From Nemertoderma westbladi (lineage: Eukaryota; Animalia; Xenacoelomorpha), in NCBI GenBank assembly GCA_032718475.1, contig JAUCBJ010000011.1, positions 1-64,000 of the forward strand: a stretch of DNA of 64,000 nt, in the 5' to 3' direction. Shown piece after piece: positions 45,581 through 57,892 of the stretch. The notes below the pieces were generated by a model. It was not told the origin of the DNA. It ran no database searches and saw only the letters and a list, made by a program, of their open reading frames with translations. The position numbers were made by a program, and so were the translations under genes. Every line of letters begins with the position of its first letter. Position 1 is the first letter of the stretch.

Positions 45581-46543
45581 TTATACAGCCGGCCCTCCTG
45601 TAGTCGTTGATACGACTACGGGGATTGTTGTGTTTGTTACAAGTGAAGGAGTGGTGTTACTGGAGGGCGTGGGTTCGACACTGCTCGAGATATTGTTAAA
45701 GAAATACAAGAGAAACCCGAATGCGAGACCGGTGTGAAGGATAACTACGAGCGAGAGAGTGGCGAAGGTGAGTCGCTTAGGTCCGTCGGAGAGACCAGAG
45801 TAAAGAGTTCGGAGGAGAACAGAGAGAGAAAGAACAAGTGCGGTTAGTAGGAGAACCCACTGTAGACCGACCAAAGGGATAGACCAGAGGAGCGAGACAG
45901 GGATGTATATAGCGAGACTGTAGCCATAGATACAGAGGCATTCCACAAAGGATATATCGGAGCTGAGTAGACCAAGTTTAGCGCGCCGGTAATGGAACAC
46001 GGAGTAAACTAAAGTCGGGGCGACTATTATATAGACTAGGAGGGCAACCCCGGCAAGGAGAACCTTGTGGAAATCGTAGGACCAAATCAACTCTGGCTTA
46101 CCCGCGTTGGCGAAGTAATCCGTTATGTTTCCGGATATTGCGATGGAGAATATAAGAGTTATAGTGACCCAGAATGGGCCGTATAGATCGGGGTTGGGAC
46201 GGAGACAGTGGGTGAGGAAGTTCTTGTTCGGATGGAAAATAAATGACCAGAGTAGTCGAGATAGAACCTCTGATGTGTCGACGTCGAATAGTTTCTGGTA
46301 GAACTCGAACTTCCAGAACTTTGGCCGACTGGGTTCCGCGGGGTCGTCCGTAGGAAGTAGTTGGTCCTTGTCGTCGGCGTTGTCGGCATCGTCGTCGTCG
46401 TCGTCCAACGCGCTCGGTGGCGCCGGGAATCGGTGCGTCCGGGATCCATCGTCCCGCTCCGCCGCGTCGTGTAAAAAATCCACGAATTTGTTCTCGACAG
46501 CAGGTTCGTCCCCCGGTGATAATTCGCCTTTAATGTTAGACAT
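45581..46543 (-). CDS. YIPF1: Yip1-domain Golgi membrane protein YIPF1/2, single-exon CDS (320 aa)
   Basis: FWKFEFYQKLFDVDT, NPDLYGPFWVTITLIFSIAISGN, YDFHKV, ECLCIYGYSL, five hydrophobic segments. Confidence 0.92.
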   Translation of the reverse strand: MSNIKGELSPGDEPAVENKFVDFLHDAAERDDGSRTHRFPAPPSALDDDDDDADNADDKDQLLPTDDPAEPSRPKFWKFEFYQKLFDVDTSEVLSRLLWSFIFHPNKNFLTHCLRPNPDLYGPFWVTITLIFSIAISGNITDYFANAGKPELIWSYDFHKVLLAGVALLVYIIVAPTLVYSVFHYRRAKLGLLSSDISFVECLCIYGYSLAIYIPVSLLWSIPLVGLQWVLLLTALVLSLSVLLRTLYSGLSDGPKRLTFATLSLVVILHTGLAFGFLLYFFNNISSSVEPTPSSNTTPSLVTNTTIPVVVSTTTGGPAV

Positions 46544-46727
46544 GCTAATCCAGTAGGCTAATCAACTACCGGTACCGGTTATCTGGTAATGGCAGAATGG
46601 GAAAAGTAAATCAATGCTGGTGTTCAACTGTAATACCCAGCTACCACCACAGTACCGTACTTCAGTACTTCTGTAGTACAGTAGTAGGTAGGCGAACACA
46701 GCAGCAATTAAAATGGATTGTAATTAG

Positions 46728-47608
46728 TAGGGTTCGATCGGTGCCAAAATTTTGCCGGTGCCGGTGCCGGTGCCGGTGTCACATTGTAAATGCCGGTGCA
46801 GGTGCCGGTGCCGGTGTTTTTAAATGTTGGGCAAATTTGGCGTAATTCTATTTGAAAACGAAATAATATAAATTTTTGTGTAATCTATGTCTATTACATT
46901 AGGCCACACGCACACCTAACAGCCTAACCCTGTCACCTAATGAAATGCAGAAATGAGGCAGTGATGCAGTAAAGTACCACAGTCACAGATTGACAGAAGG
47001 TACAGTAGCTCAGTAGCTGGCCGACTATGTACTGTACTGAGCAATTTCTGAATTAATATTGTAATAGCTTAACCCAGCTGCCCAGCACACGGGTACAGCA
47101 GCAGAGCAACAAGTACGTACAATTCTACAATACTGTAAAATTATGATGTCACGCATTTATATAAAATGGTTTAGCTTTACAATAAAATGAATATAAAAGT
47201 TTAAATAAAACGATTGCATTAAAATTATATGTGTACAGTTACAGTAGGCCTACAGTATTTATATACGGGTATTACATAAAATACAGAAATAAGTAAGGCG
47301 CTAAGTACACTGTTTACACTAAGTAAGGCGTTATGATTCTGGGCTACCCTACCACTAGTCAAGTAACTAGACTGCTAGACCAGTAGACAGACAGTCAAAC
47401 AGCTATCTGGCTATAGCCTTGTAGCTGACTGATAGCTTAGCCAGGCTGTCTGCAGTACCGGTACTGCAGTAGGCTTCAATTTTAACAGCAGCCAATCATT
47501 TTAAAAAACACCGGCACCGGCAATGTTTTTGCCGGTGCAGGTGCCGGTGCCGGTGGTGCCAAACACCGGCAATACCGGTGCCGGTGCCGGTGCACCGATC
47601 GAACCCTA
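46728..47608. mobile_element. hAT-type MITE
   Basis: TIR TAGGGTTCGATCGGTGC / GCACCGATCGAACCCTA; 8-bp TSD GTAATTAG; subterminal GCCGGT repeats. Confidence 0.9.
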
Positions 47609-47956
47609 GTAATTAGTGATTAGCCAAGGACAGCTCTACTACTCAGCTACTAGAGCTGTCCTTGGAATTAGCAGATACACAATTCATCTCCTTCCAGAAT
47701 CTATAAAATGTCAAAGTAGATGGTACGGAGCCGACATTTGGAAAAAATATTTTTTCGTAAGTTTTGCGTACAAAACTATTTGTAACTAATTTAACTATAT
47801 TTTGGCAAAAAAAGTGAACTGAAAAAAGTGTGTTATTTTTGTGGATATTTATTATTTGGCGATCGTTTGACAATTAAGAAAGCAAGACGAAAAAATGTAA
47901 CATTTTGCCGCCACTTACTGTTAGTAGGCTACATCGTTTTATTCTTATAAATGTAA

Positions 47957-50900
47957 GCCCCCCCCCCCCCCCCCCCTCACACGGAGCACCTTATTTCTGC
48001 AACTTGTTTCTGAAACTTGTTTCTGTGTGTGAGGGAGTCCAGCAACAAGTTTCTGCAACTTGTTTCTGCAACTTGTTTCTGTGTGTGAGGGAGTCCAGCA
48101 ACAAGTTTCTGCAACTTGTTTCCGCAACTTGTTTCTGTGTGTGAGTGTGAGGGAGTCCAGATAATTTGAGTGATGTGATATTATATATAAATGACTGGAC
48201 ATGTTAGCTATTTATTTTGAAATAATTGTTATTTTCTTCAGCAACAAGTTTCTGTGTGTGAGGGGGGCCAGCAACAAGTTTCAGAAACAAGTTTCGGAAA
48301 CAAGTTGCTGAAACAAGTTGCAGCAACAATTTTCTGTGTGTGAGGGGGTCCAGCAACAAGTTTATGTGTGTGAGGGGGTCCAGCAACAAGTTTCTGTGTG
48401 TGAGGGGGTCCAGCAACAAGTTTCTGTGTGTGAGGGGGTCCAGCAACAAGTTTCTGTGTGTGAGGGGGTCCAACAACAAGTTTCTGTGTGTGAGGGAGTC
48501 CAGCAACAAGTTTCTGTGTGTGAGGGGGTCCAGCAACAAGTTTGTATGTGAGGGGGTCCAGCAACAAGTTTCTGTGTGTGAGGGGGTCCAGCAACAAGTT
48601 TCTGTGTGTGAGGGGGTCCAGCAACAAGTGTCTGTGTGTGAGGGGGTCCAGCAACAAGTTTCTGTGTGTGGGGGGGTCCAGCAACAAGTTTCTGTGTGTG
48701 AGGGGGTCCGGTCCAGTAACAAGTTTCTGTGTGTGAGGGGGTCCAGCAACAAGTTTCTGTGTGTGATGGGGTCCAGCAACAAGTTTCTGTGTGTGAGGGG
48801 GTCCAGCAACAAGTTTCTGTGTGTGAGGGGGTCCAGCAACAAGTTTCTGTGTTTGAGGGGGTCCAGCAACAAGTTTCTGTGTGTGAGGGGGTCCAGCAAC
48901 AAGTTTCTGTGTGTGAGGGGGTCCAGCAACAAGTTTCTGTGTGTGAGGGGGTCCAGCAACAAGTTTCTGTGTGTGAGGGGGTCCAGCAACAAGTTTCTGT
49001 GTGTGAGGGGGTCCAGCAACAAGTTTCTGTGTGTGAGGGGTCCAGCAACAAGTTTCTGTGTGTGAGGGGGTCCAGCAACAAGTTTCTGTGTGTGAGGGGG
49101 TCCAGCAACAAGTTTCTGTGTGTGTGGGGGGGGGGGGCGGTCCAGCAACAAGTTTCTGTGTGTGAGGGGGTCCAGCAACAAGTTTCTGTGTGTGAGGGGG
49201 TCCAGCAACAAGTTTATGTGTGTGAGGGGGTCCAGCAACAAGTTTCTGTGTGTGAGGGGGTCCAGCAACAAGTTTCTGTGTGTGAGGGGGTCCAGCAACA
49301 AGTTTCTGTGTGTGAGGGGGTCCAGCAACAAGTTTCTGTGTGTGAGGGGGTCCAGCAACAAGTTTCTGTGTGCGAGGGGTCCAGCAACAAGTTTCTGTGT
49401 GTGAGGGGGTCCAGCAACAAGTTTCTGTGTGCGAAGGGGTCCAGCAACAAGTTTCTGTGTGTGAGGGGGTCCAGCAACAAGTTTCTGTGTGTGAGGGGGT
49501 CCATTTATTTTGAAATAATTGTTATTTTCTTCAGCAACAAGTTTCTGTGTGTGAGGGGGGCCAGCAACAAGTTTCTGTGTGTGAGGGGGTCCAGCAACAA
49601 GTTTCTGTGTGTGAGGGGGTCCAGCGACAAGTTTCTGTGTGTGAGGGGGTCCATTTATTTTGAAATAATTGTTATTTTCTTCAGCAACAAGTTTCTGTGT
49701 GTGAGGGGGGCCAGCAACAAGTTTCTGTGTGTGAGGGAGGTCCAGCAACAAGTTTCTGTGTGTGAGGGGGTCCAGCAACAAGTTTCTGTGTGTGAGGGGG
49801 TCCAGCAACAAGTTTCTGTGTGTGAGGGGGTCCAGCAACAAGTTTCTGTGTGTGAGGGGGTCCAGCAACAAGTTTCTGTGTGTGAGGGGGGCCAGCAACA
49901 AGTTTCTGTGTGTGAGGGGGTCCAGCAACAAGTTTCTGTGTGTGAGGGGGTCCAGCAACAAGTTTCTGTGTGTGAGGGGGTCCAGCGACAAGTTTCTGTG
50001 TGTGAGGGGGTCCATTTATTTTGAAATAATTGTTATTTTCTTCAGCAACAAGTTTCTGTGTGTGAGGGGGGCCAGCAACAAGTTTCTGTGTGTGAGGGGG
50101 TCCAGCAACAAGTTTCTGTGTGTGAGGGGGTCCAGCGACAAGTTTCTGTGTGTGAGGGGGTCCATTTATTTTGAAATAATTGTTATTTTCTTCAGCAACA
50201 AGTTTCTGTGTGTGAGGGGGGCCAGCAACAAGTTTCTGTGTGTGAGGGGGTCCAGCAACAAGTTTCTGTGTGTGAGGGGGTCCAGCAACAAGTTTCTGTG
50301 TGTGAGGGGGTCCAGCAACAAGTTTCTGTGTGTGAGGGGGTCCAGCAACAAGTTTCTGTGTGTGAGGGGGTCCAGCAACAAGTTTCTGTGTGTGAGGGGG
50401 TCCAGCAACAAGTTTCTGTGTGTGGGGGGTCCAGCAACAAGTTTCTGTGTGTGAGGGGGTCCAGCAACAAGTTTCTGTGTGTGAGGGGGTCCAGCAACAA
50501 GTTTCTGTGTGTGAGGGGGTCCAGCAACAAGTTTCTGTGTGTGAGGGGGTCCAGCAACAAGTTTCTGTGTGTGAGGGGGTCCAGCAACAAGTTTCTGTGT
50601 GTGAGGGGGTCCAGCAACAAGTGTCTGTGTGTGAGGGGGTCCAGCAACAAGTTTCTGTGTGTGGGGGGGTCCAGCAACAAGTTTCTGTGTGTGAGGGGGT
50701 CCGGTCCAGTAACAAGTTTCTGTGTGTGAGGGGGTCCAGCAACAAGTTTCTGTGTGTGAGGGGGTCCAGCAACAAGTTTCTGTGTGTGGGGGGGTCCAGC
50801 AACAAGTTTCTGTGTGTGAGGGGGTCCGGTCCAGTAACAAGTTTCTGTGTGTGAGGGGGTCCAGCAACAAGTTTCTGTGTGTGAGGGGGTCCAGCAACAA

Positions 50901-53900
50901 GTTTCTGTGTGTGAGGGGGTCCAGCAACAAGTTTCTGTGTGTGAGGGGGTCCAACAACAAGTTTCTGTGTGTGAGGGAGTCCAGCAACAAGTTTCTGTGT
51001 GTGAGGGGGTCCAGCAACAAGTTTGTGTGTGAGGGGGTCCAGCAACAAGTTTCTGTGTGTGAGGGGGTCCAGCAACAAGTTTCTGTGTGTGAGGGGGTCC
51101 AGCAACAAGTGTCTGTGTGTTTGAGGGGGTCCAGCAACAAGTTTCTGTGTGTGAGGGGGTCCAGCAACAAGTTTATGTGTGTGAGGGGGTCCAGCAACAA
51201 GTTTCTGTGTGTGAGGGGGTCCAGCAACAAGTTTCTGTGTGTGAGGGGGTCCAGCAACAAGTTTCTGTGTGTGAGGGGGTCCAGCAACAAGTTTCTGTGT
51301 GTGAGGGGGTCCAGCAACAAGTTTCTGTGTGCGAGGGGTCCAGCAACAAGTTTCTGTGTGTGAGGGGGTCCAGCAACAAGTTTCTGTGTGCGAAGGGGTC
51401 CAGCAACAAGTTTCTGTGTGTGAGGGGGTCCAGCAACAAGTTTCTGTGTGTGAGGGGGTCCATTTATTTTGAAATAATTGTTATTTTCTTCAGCAACAAG
51501 TTTCTGTGTGTGAGGGGGGCCAGCAACAAGTTTCTGTGTGTGAGGGGGTCCAGCAACAAGTTTCTGTGTGTGAGGGGGTCCAGCGACAAGTTTCTGTGTG
51601 TGAGGGGGTCCATTTATTTTGAAATAATTGTTATTTTCTTCAGCAACAAGTTTCTGTGTGTGAGGGGGGCCAGCAACAAGTTTCTGTGTGTGAGGGAGGT
51701 CCAGCAACAAGTTTCTGTGTGTGAGGGGGTCCAGCAACAAGTTTCTGTGTGTGAGGGGGTCCAGCAACAAGTTTCTGTGTGTGAGGGGGTCCAGCAACAA
51801 GTTTCTGTGTGTGAGGGGGTCCAGCAACAAGTTTCTGTGTGTGAGGGGGGCCAGCAACAAGTTTCTGTGTGTGAGGGGGTCCAGCAACAAGTTTCTGTGT
51901 GTGAGGGGGTCCAGCAACAAGTTTCTGTGTGTGAGGGGGTCCAGCGACAAGTTTCTGTGTGTGAGGGGGTCCATTTATTTTGAAATAATTGTTATTTTCT
52001 TCAGCAACAAGTTTCTGTGTGTGAGGGGGGCCAGCAACAAGTTTCTGTGTGTGAGGGGGTCCAGCAACAAGTTTCTGTGTGTGAGGGGGTCCAGCGACAA
52101 GTTTCTGTGTGTGAGGGGGTCCATTTATTTTGAAATAATTGTTATTTTCTTCAGCAACAAGTTTCTGTGTGTGAGGGGGGCCAGCAACAAGTTTCTGTGT
52201 GTGAGGGGGTCCAGCAACAAGTTTCTGTGTGTGAGGGGGTCCAGCAACAAGTTTCTGTGTGTGAGGGGGTCCAGCAACAAGTTTCTGTGTGTGAGGGGGT
52301 CCAGCAACAAGTTTCTGTGTGTGAGGGGGTCCAGCAACAAGTTTCTGTGTGTGAGGGGGTCCAGCAACAAGTTTCTGTGTGTGGGGGGTCCAGCAACAAG
52401 TTTCTGTGTGTGAGGGGGTCCAGCAACAAGTTTCTGTGTGTGAGGGGGTCCAGCAACAAGTTTCTGTGTGTGAGGGGGTCCAGCAACAAGTTTCTGTGTG
52501 TGAGGGGGTCCAGCAACAAGTTTCTGTGTGTGAGGGGGTCCAGCAACAAGTTTCTGTGTGTGAGGGGGTCCAGCAACAAGTGTCTGTGTGTGAGGGGGTC
52601 CAGCAACAAGTTTCTGTGTGTGGGGGGGTCCAGCAACAAGTTTCTGTGTGTGAGGGGGTCCGGTCCAGTAACAAGTTTCTGTGTGTGAGGGGGTCCAGCA
52701 ACAAGTTTCTGTGTGTGAGGGGGTCCAGCAACAAGTTTATGTGTGTGGGGGGGTCCAGCAACAAGTTTCTGTGTGTGAGGGGGTCCGGTCCAGTAACAAG
52801 TTTCTGTGTGTGAGGGGGTCCAGCAACAAGTTTCTGTGTGTGAGGGGGTCCAGCAACAAGTTTCTGTGTGTGAGGGGGTCCAGCAACAAGTTTCTGTGTG
52901 TGAGGGGGTCCAACAACAAGTTTCTGTGTGTGAGGGAGTCCAGCAACAAGTTTCTGTGTGTGAGGGGGTCCAGCAACAAGTTTGTGTGTGAGGGGGTCCA
53001 GCAACAAGTTTCTGTGTGTGAGGGGGTCCAGCAACAAGTTTCTGTGTGTGAGGGGGTCCAGCAACAAGTGTCTGTGTGTTTGAGGGGGTCCAGCAACAAG
53101 TTTCTGTGTGTGGGGGGGTCCAGCAACAAGTTTCTGTGTGTGAGGGGGTCCGGTCCAGTAACACGTTTCTGTGTGTGAGGGGGTCCAGCAACAAGTTTCT
53201 GTGTGTGAGGGGGTCCAGCAACAAGTTTCTGTGTGTGAGGGGGTCCAGCAACAAGTTTCTGTGTGTGAGGGGGTCCAGCAACAAGTTTCTGTGTGTGAGG
53301 GGGTCCGGTCCAGTAACAAATTTCTGTGTGTGAGGGGGTCCAGCAACAAGTTTCTGTGTGTGAGGGGGTCCAGCAACAAGTTTCTGTGTGTGAGGGGGTC
53401 CAGCAACAAGTTTCTGTGTGTGAGGGGGTCCAGCAACAAGTTTCTGTGTGTGAGGGGGTCCAGCAACAAGTTTCTGTGTGTGAGGGGGTCCAGCAACAAG
53501 TTTCTGTGTGTGAGGGGGTCCAGCAACAAGTTTCTGTGTGTGGGGGGTCCAGCAACAAGTTTCTGTGTGTGAGGGGGTCCAGCAACAAGTTTCTGTGTGT
53601 GAGGGGGTCCAGCAACAAGTTTCTGTGTGTGAGGGGGTCCAGCAACAAGTTTCTGTGTGTGAGGGGGTCCAGCAACAAGTTTCTGTGTGTGAGGGGGTCC
53701 AGCAACAAGTTTCTGTGTGTGAGGGGGTCCAGCAACAAGTGTCTGTGTGTGAGGGGGTCCAGCAACAAGTTTCTGTGTGTGGGGGGGTCCAGCAACAAGT
53801 TTCTGTGTGTGAGGGGGTCCGGTCCAGTAACAAGTTTCTGTGTGTGAGGGGGTCCAGCAACAAGTTTCTGTGTGTGAGGGGGTCCAGCAACAAGTTTCTG

Positions 53901-54747
53901 TGTGTGGGGGGGTCCAGCAACAAGTTTCTGTGTGTGAGGGGGTCCGGTCCAGTAACAAGTTTCTGTGTGTGAGGGGGTCCAGCAACAAGTTTCTGTGTGT
54001 GAGGGGGTCCAGCAACAAGTTTCTGTGTGTGAGGGGGTCCAGCAACAAGTTTCTGTGTGTGAGGGGGTCCAACAACAAGTTTCTGTGTGTGAGGGAGTCC
54101 AGCAACAAGTTTCTGTGTGTGAGGGGGTCCAGCAACAAGTTTGTGTGTGAGGGGGTCCAGCAACAAGTTTCTGTGTGTGAGGGGGTCCAGCAACAAGTTT
54201 CTGTGTGTGAGGGGGTCCAGCAACAAGTGTCTGTGTGTTTGAGGGGGTCCAGCAACAAGTTTCTGTGTGTGGGGGGGTCCAGCAACAAGTTTCTGTGTAT
54301 GAGGGGGTCCGGTCCAGTAACACGTTTCTGTGTGTGAGGGGGTCCAGCAACAAGTTTCTGTGTGTGAGGGGGTCCAGCAACAAGTTTCTGTGTGTGAGGG
54401 GGTCCAGCAACAAGTTTCTGTGTGTGAGGGGGTCCAGCAACAAGTTTCTGTGTGTGAGGGGGTCCAGCAACAAGTTTCTGTGTGTGAGGGGGTCCAGCAA
54501 CAAGTTTCTGTGTGTGGGGGGTCCAGCAACAAGTTTCTGTGTGTGAGGGGGTCCAGCAACAAGTTTCTGTGTGTGAGGGGGTCCAGCAACAAGTTTCTGT
54601 GTGTGAGGGGGTCCAGCAACAAGTTTCTGTGTGTGAGGGGGTCCAACAATAAGTTTCTGTGTGTGAGGGGGTCCAGCAACAAGTTTCTGTGTGTGAGGGG
54701 GTCCAGCAACAAGTTGCAGAAACAAGTTGCTCCGTGTGAGGGGGGCC
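47957..54747. mobile_element. Harbinger-like MITE shell enclosing the satellite
   Basis: Left end GCCC..CCTCACACGGAGCACCTTATTTCTGCAACTTGTT is the inverse of right end AACAAGTTGCAGAAACAAGTTGCTCCGTGTGAGGGGGGC; flanks are TAA and TAG. Confidence 0.65.
48238..54714. repeat. 30-bp satellite array, ~6.5 kb (about 210 units), with higher-order blocks
   Basis: Unit CCAGCAACAAGTTTCTGTGTGTGAGGGGGT; variant patterns recur at 1959-bp and 1159-bp offsets. Confidence 0.97.
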
Positions 54748-56799
54748 TAGGTCTTCTCACTTTTATCTGGGCCTATTTCGGCATAAATATCCTCCATCGA
54801 AGCTTCTTCCATAGTGAAATACGGGTATGTAAAGCGAAATAGATAGGCCATATTATGATATTCTAGAATATTAAATAACCTGTAGATACCATCAGCGCTA
54901 TCTATTTAAAGGCAATATTATTATTAATGTGATGGAAAATACTTTAATTTAATTCGAAAATTCGAAATTATTTTTTTGTTGACATAAAAAGTGTTCTTTT
55001 TTGTCAAACTTCTTAACGAATTAGACAACAAAGTAAAATAAAATAATAAAATATATTTTATATTTTTTTCTATCTTGTGCCTACAAATTGTGTGCACGAG
55101 ATACTCAAGATAGCCAAACCAAATGTTTAAAAATTGACCAGAAAATGGCTCTGTAATAGCCAAAAGTGCCTTTTTGCGCCAAAGACTATTTCTCCACCAA
55201 TATTTGTTGGAATAGTTCGGAATCATCCAATTCTTCTGAACGTTTTAAACTGAAAATGGTTTGGCCCCATTTTAGACGGAAAAGGCCCAAAAAGGGAATT
55301 TATGGGCCTTAGATATTTAAAGTTAAAGGAACAATTCAAACCTTCCCGGTATTTTAGATAATACCATTTTTCTTTGTTCAACAATAACTTTGTCAAAAAT
55401 GAATGAAATTCAACGAAATTTTTCATGCTTCCTAAACATATATAACTAATAAAACATCTCTTTAGCAATTTTATTCATATCTGTAAAAAATTTCTGTTGA
55501 AAAAGGCCTTATTCACTTGTAAAATATCGTGCTGCTCGAAGGCATGTAAAAAATGAGACTAGCTCTTTCGTTTTGGCTATTAACTTGAGTTATGAGAAAA
55601 CTGCTTGTAGATTTGAAATCTCCATTAAATGGTCATCGCGTTGATCTTGGCTCTGTAGCCGTGTTAAAGCGTATATTATGGTTATTTACGGCGGTTAGTG
55701 CCGGAAACGTGCGGTTAGACCCATCGGTCATTTGTGAACTGTTTATCTCAAATCCCCAGTTTGCCTACACGGGATTGGACAGTTTCGCACATTGCCTTTC
55801 TTATCAGTCATTCGTTGCTGATCTATTTTCGAAAATTCTCAGATATTTTCTTTGCCTAAACTTTACCAACCTTAGACGAGAGTAAGAGAGACTCCAGATC
55901 TGCCACGGTTTCTCTTAACATTGGACCACAATTTATTCCTCATATACATTGACTGAGCCAGTCTGTCTAATCGGATCTGCTGCGTCTAGATTGGCGCATT
56001 AAGTCGTTTGAAGGTACAAAACGACCTCATGTAGTGGTTAAAGTGGTGTCCCAAAGCGCGGACAACCTTGCGAACGCTAGGTTTTAAAGTAAAACGTAAA
56101 ACTATCCTTAGCCAGATCATTCCAGTATGGAACGTTAGTATTCCTGTAGACCTGATGGTCTGCCGCTGATATAAAGTAAATTATATTTCCTTCTCATTCA
56201 CTAAGAAATAGATTATGATACTTGTAATTCAGTATTGCATCGTGTTTAATGTTATATTGTAATGGAAACAGACAGACTGATGAGATATAGTGTACCACCG
56301 GGTGGTTCATTAAAAAAAAAGCAACCTTTAGTTGCATAGCACTAAATGGAGCCGCGAGAGTTAAAGAAGTGTCGAACACAAAATACAGACTGATTGGCAC
56401 TGTACTGTATTTATTGAGTTTATTGGTGAGATATTTGCAGGTTGTTGATCAGTATTTATAATTAGAGTAGATTGGATGAGTTCGAAGTGTCCTTGTCTAT
56501 AACCGAATGGTAGTTAATGGGTTGGGCTTTGTCGCAATCTCGGTTGCCCCTAAAACAAAGGAAATTGTAATTCTGTGTTATTAAATAGAATGAGACTCAA
56601 TGACTAACAGAGGAAGACCTGACTTCTTAATATTAGTTTCCACTGTAACACGTGAGGCTGAATAATAATTAATAAAATGATTAATGAAATAACTGTTTGT
56701 AAAAGATTCTAGAACACCGATCAAAGACTCTACAGAGAAACACCTGGGCATATAAAACTGGCATCCTTCCTACTATAATTTATAATCTAAAACATTGAA

Positions 56800-57892
56800 A
56801 GAACTAGAAAGCCAGCAAGCTGGCTTTAAACGAACCTGCCCCTCAAACCAGTACCCTGAGTGAACTATTCAGGAAGTAATAATATAATATATAATATACA
56901 TATACATATAATAATATACAGATTCTGAGTACTAACGCAAGGATAAATACATGAACTAGAATGCCAGCAAGCTGGCTTTAAACGAACCTGCCCCTCAAAC
57001 CAGTACCGCAGTACCCTGAGTGAGCGAAAATGAAAACACGATAATTGTCTTCAACTCAACGATAGAAACACCAGCTGCTGGTACTCATGTGGGCCTAGTA
57101 AGATACTAATATTTATTGAATGGAGAGCCCAAACTGCAGCGAAGTATATTACTTGCCAAATTGATTACTATCTCACTCTAACCCAGACAGTAATCAAACA
57201 TCAACTGTAAGTTTGTATAATGTATTACCCCACCGATGAATAGCTCTTCCCAGTGAATCCTTTGCGAATATCTATAAGGTTACTACTACTCACTGCTATG
57301 TTCCCGCTGATTGAATTGTAAGCACTGGGCTGGGCCGTTTAAATGGTTTATAGGTTGATGATAATGAATGATGAGGGACCCAACTAACACTACGTTTGTC
57401 TATATGGACGGTCTCCTTACAGCCAGCTGGCTGGCTTTTCTAGTTGAATCATATTATTCTCCAACCAATAATTTACTCTTTTAGACGAATTATTGAGTTT
57501 TTTTTGCCGGACTAACAAATTTTGGCGACGTTCTGTGCGAGATTGGCGATATTTGAAAAGATTCTGAGGCTCAAATATGTTGCTCAGATGACTGAATATC
57601 TCAAATAAAAAAGTTGGTGCATACTCGACGAGTTGAAATCGGTGAAATTCGACTTTAAATTTTCAAAACCGCTATTTTTCAGTGACCCCGTGATCGAAAC
57701 GCCACAAAAAATATACAGTCTTCTGCGCAACCAAAATTTATGGAGAGTTTGTTATTAAAATTTTTGCGTACCTGCTTGAGTTTTTGAGATATTGGATGGT
57801 TATACATACACAACCACACACATCGTGTTTTTAAACGGCCCAACTCTTGACAAGAACTACCCTGACCTATTAATAGGCAGGTTCGTTATAAT
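56800..57892 (+). mobile_element. Helentron/HINE-like remnants
   Basis: Duplicated head AACTAGAAAGCCAGCAAGCTGGCTTTAAACGAACCTGCC (56802, 56954) with a short palindrome; inverted subterminal GGCAGGTTCGTT at ~57876; CA-rich tract before it; a reversed head at ~57421-57445. Confidence 0.5.

Noticed and set aside
48238-54714. CRISPR-like array
   Set aside because: Head-to-tail units without unique spacers, no cas genes, eukaryotic context.
47905-54842. Many long ORFs (up to 882 aa) on both strands
   Set aside because: Artefacts of a stop-free 30-bp satellite unit; frames switch at single-base indels.
54850-56750. Possible gene or intact element right of the satellite
   Set aside because: Only short ORFs and TE-like non-coding fragments; no boundaries or motifs could be fixed.
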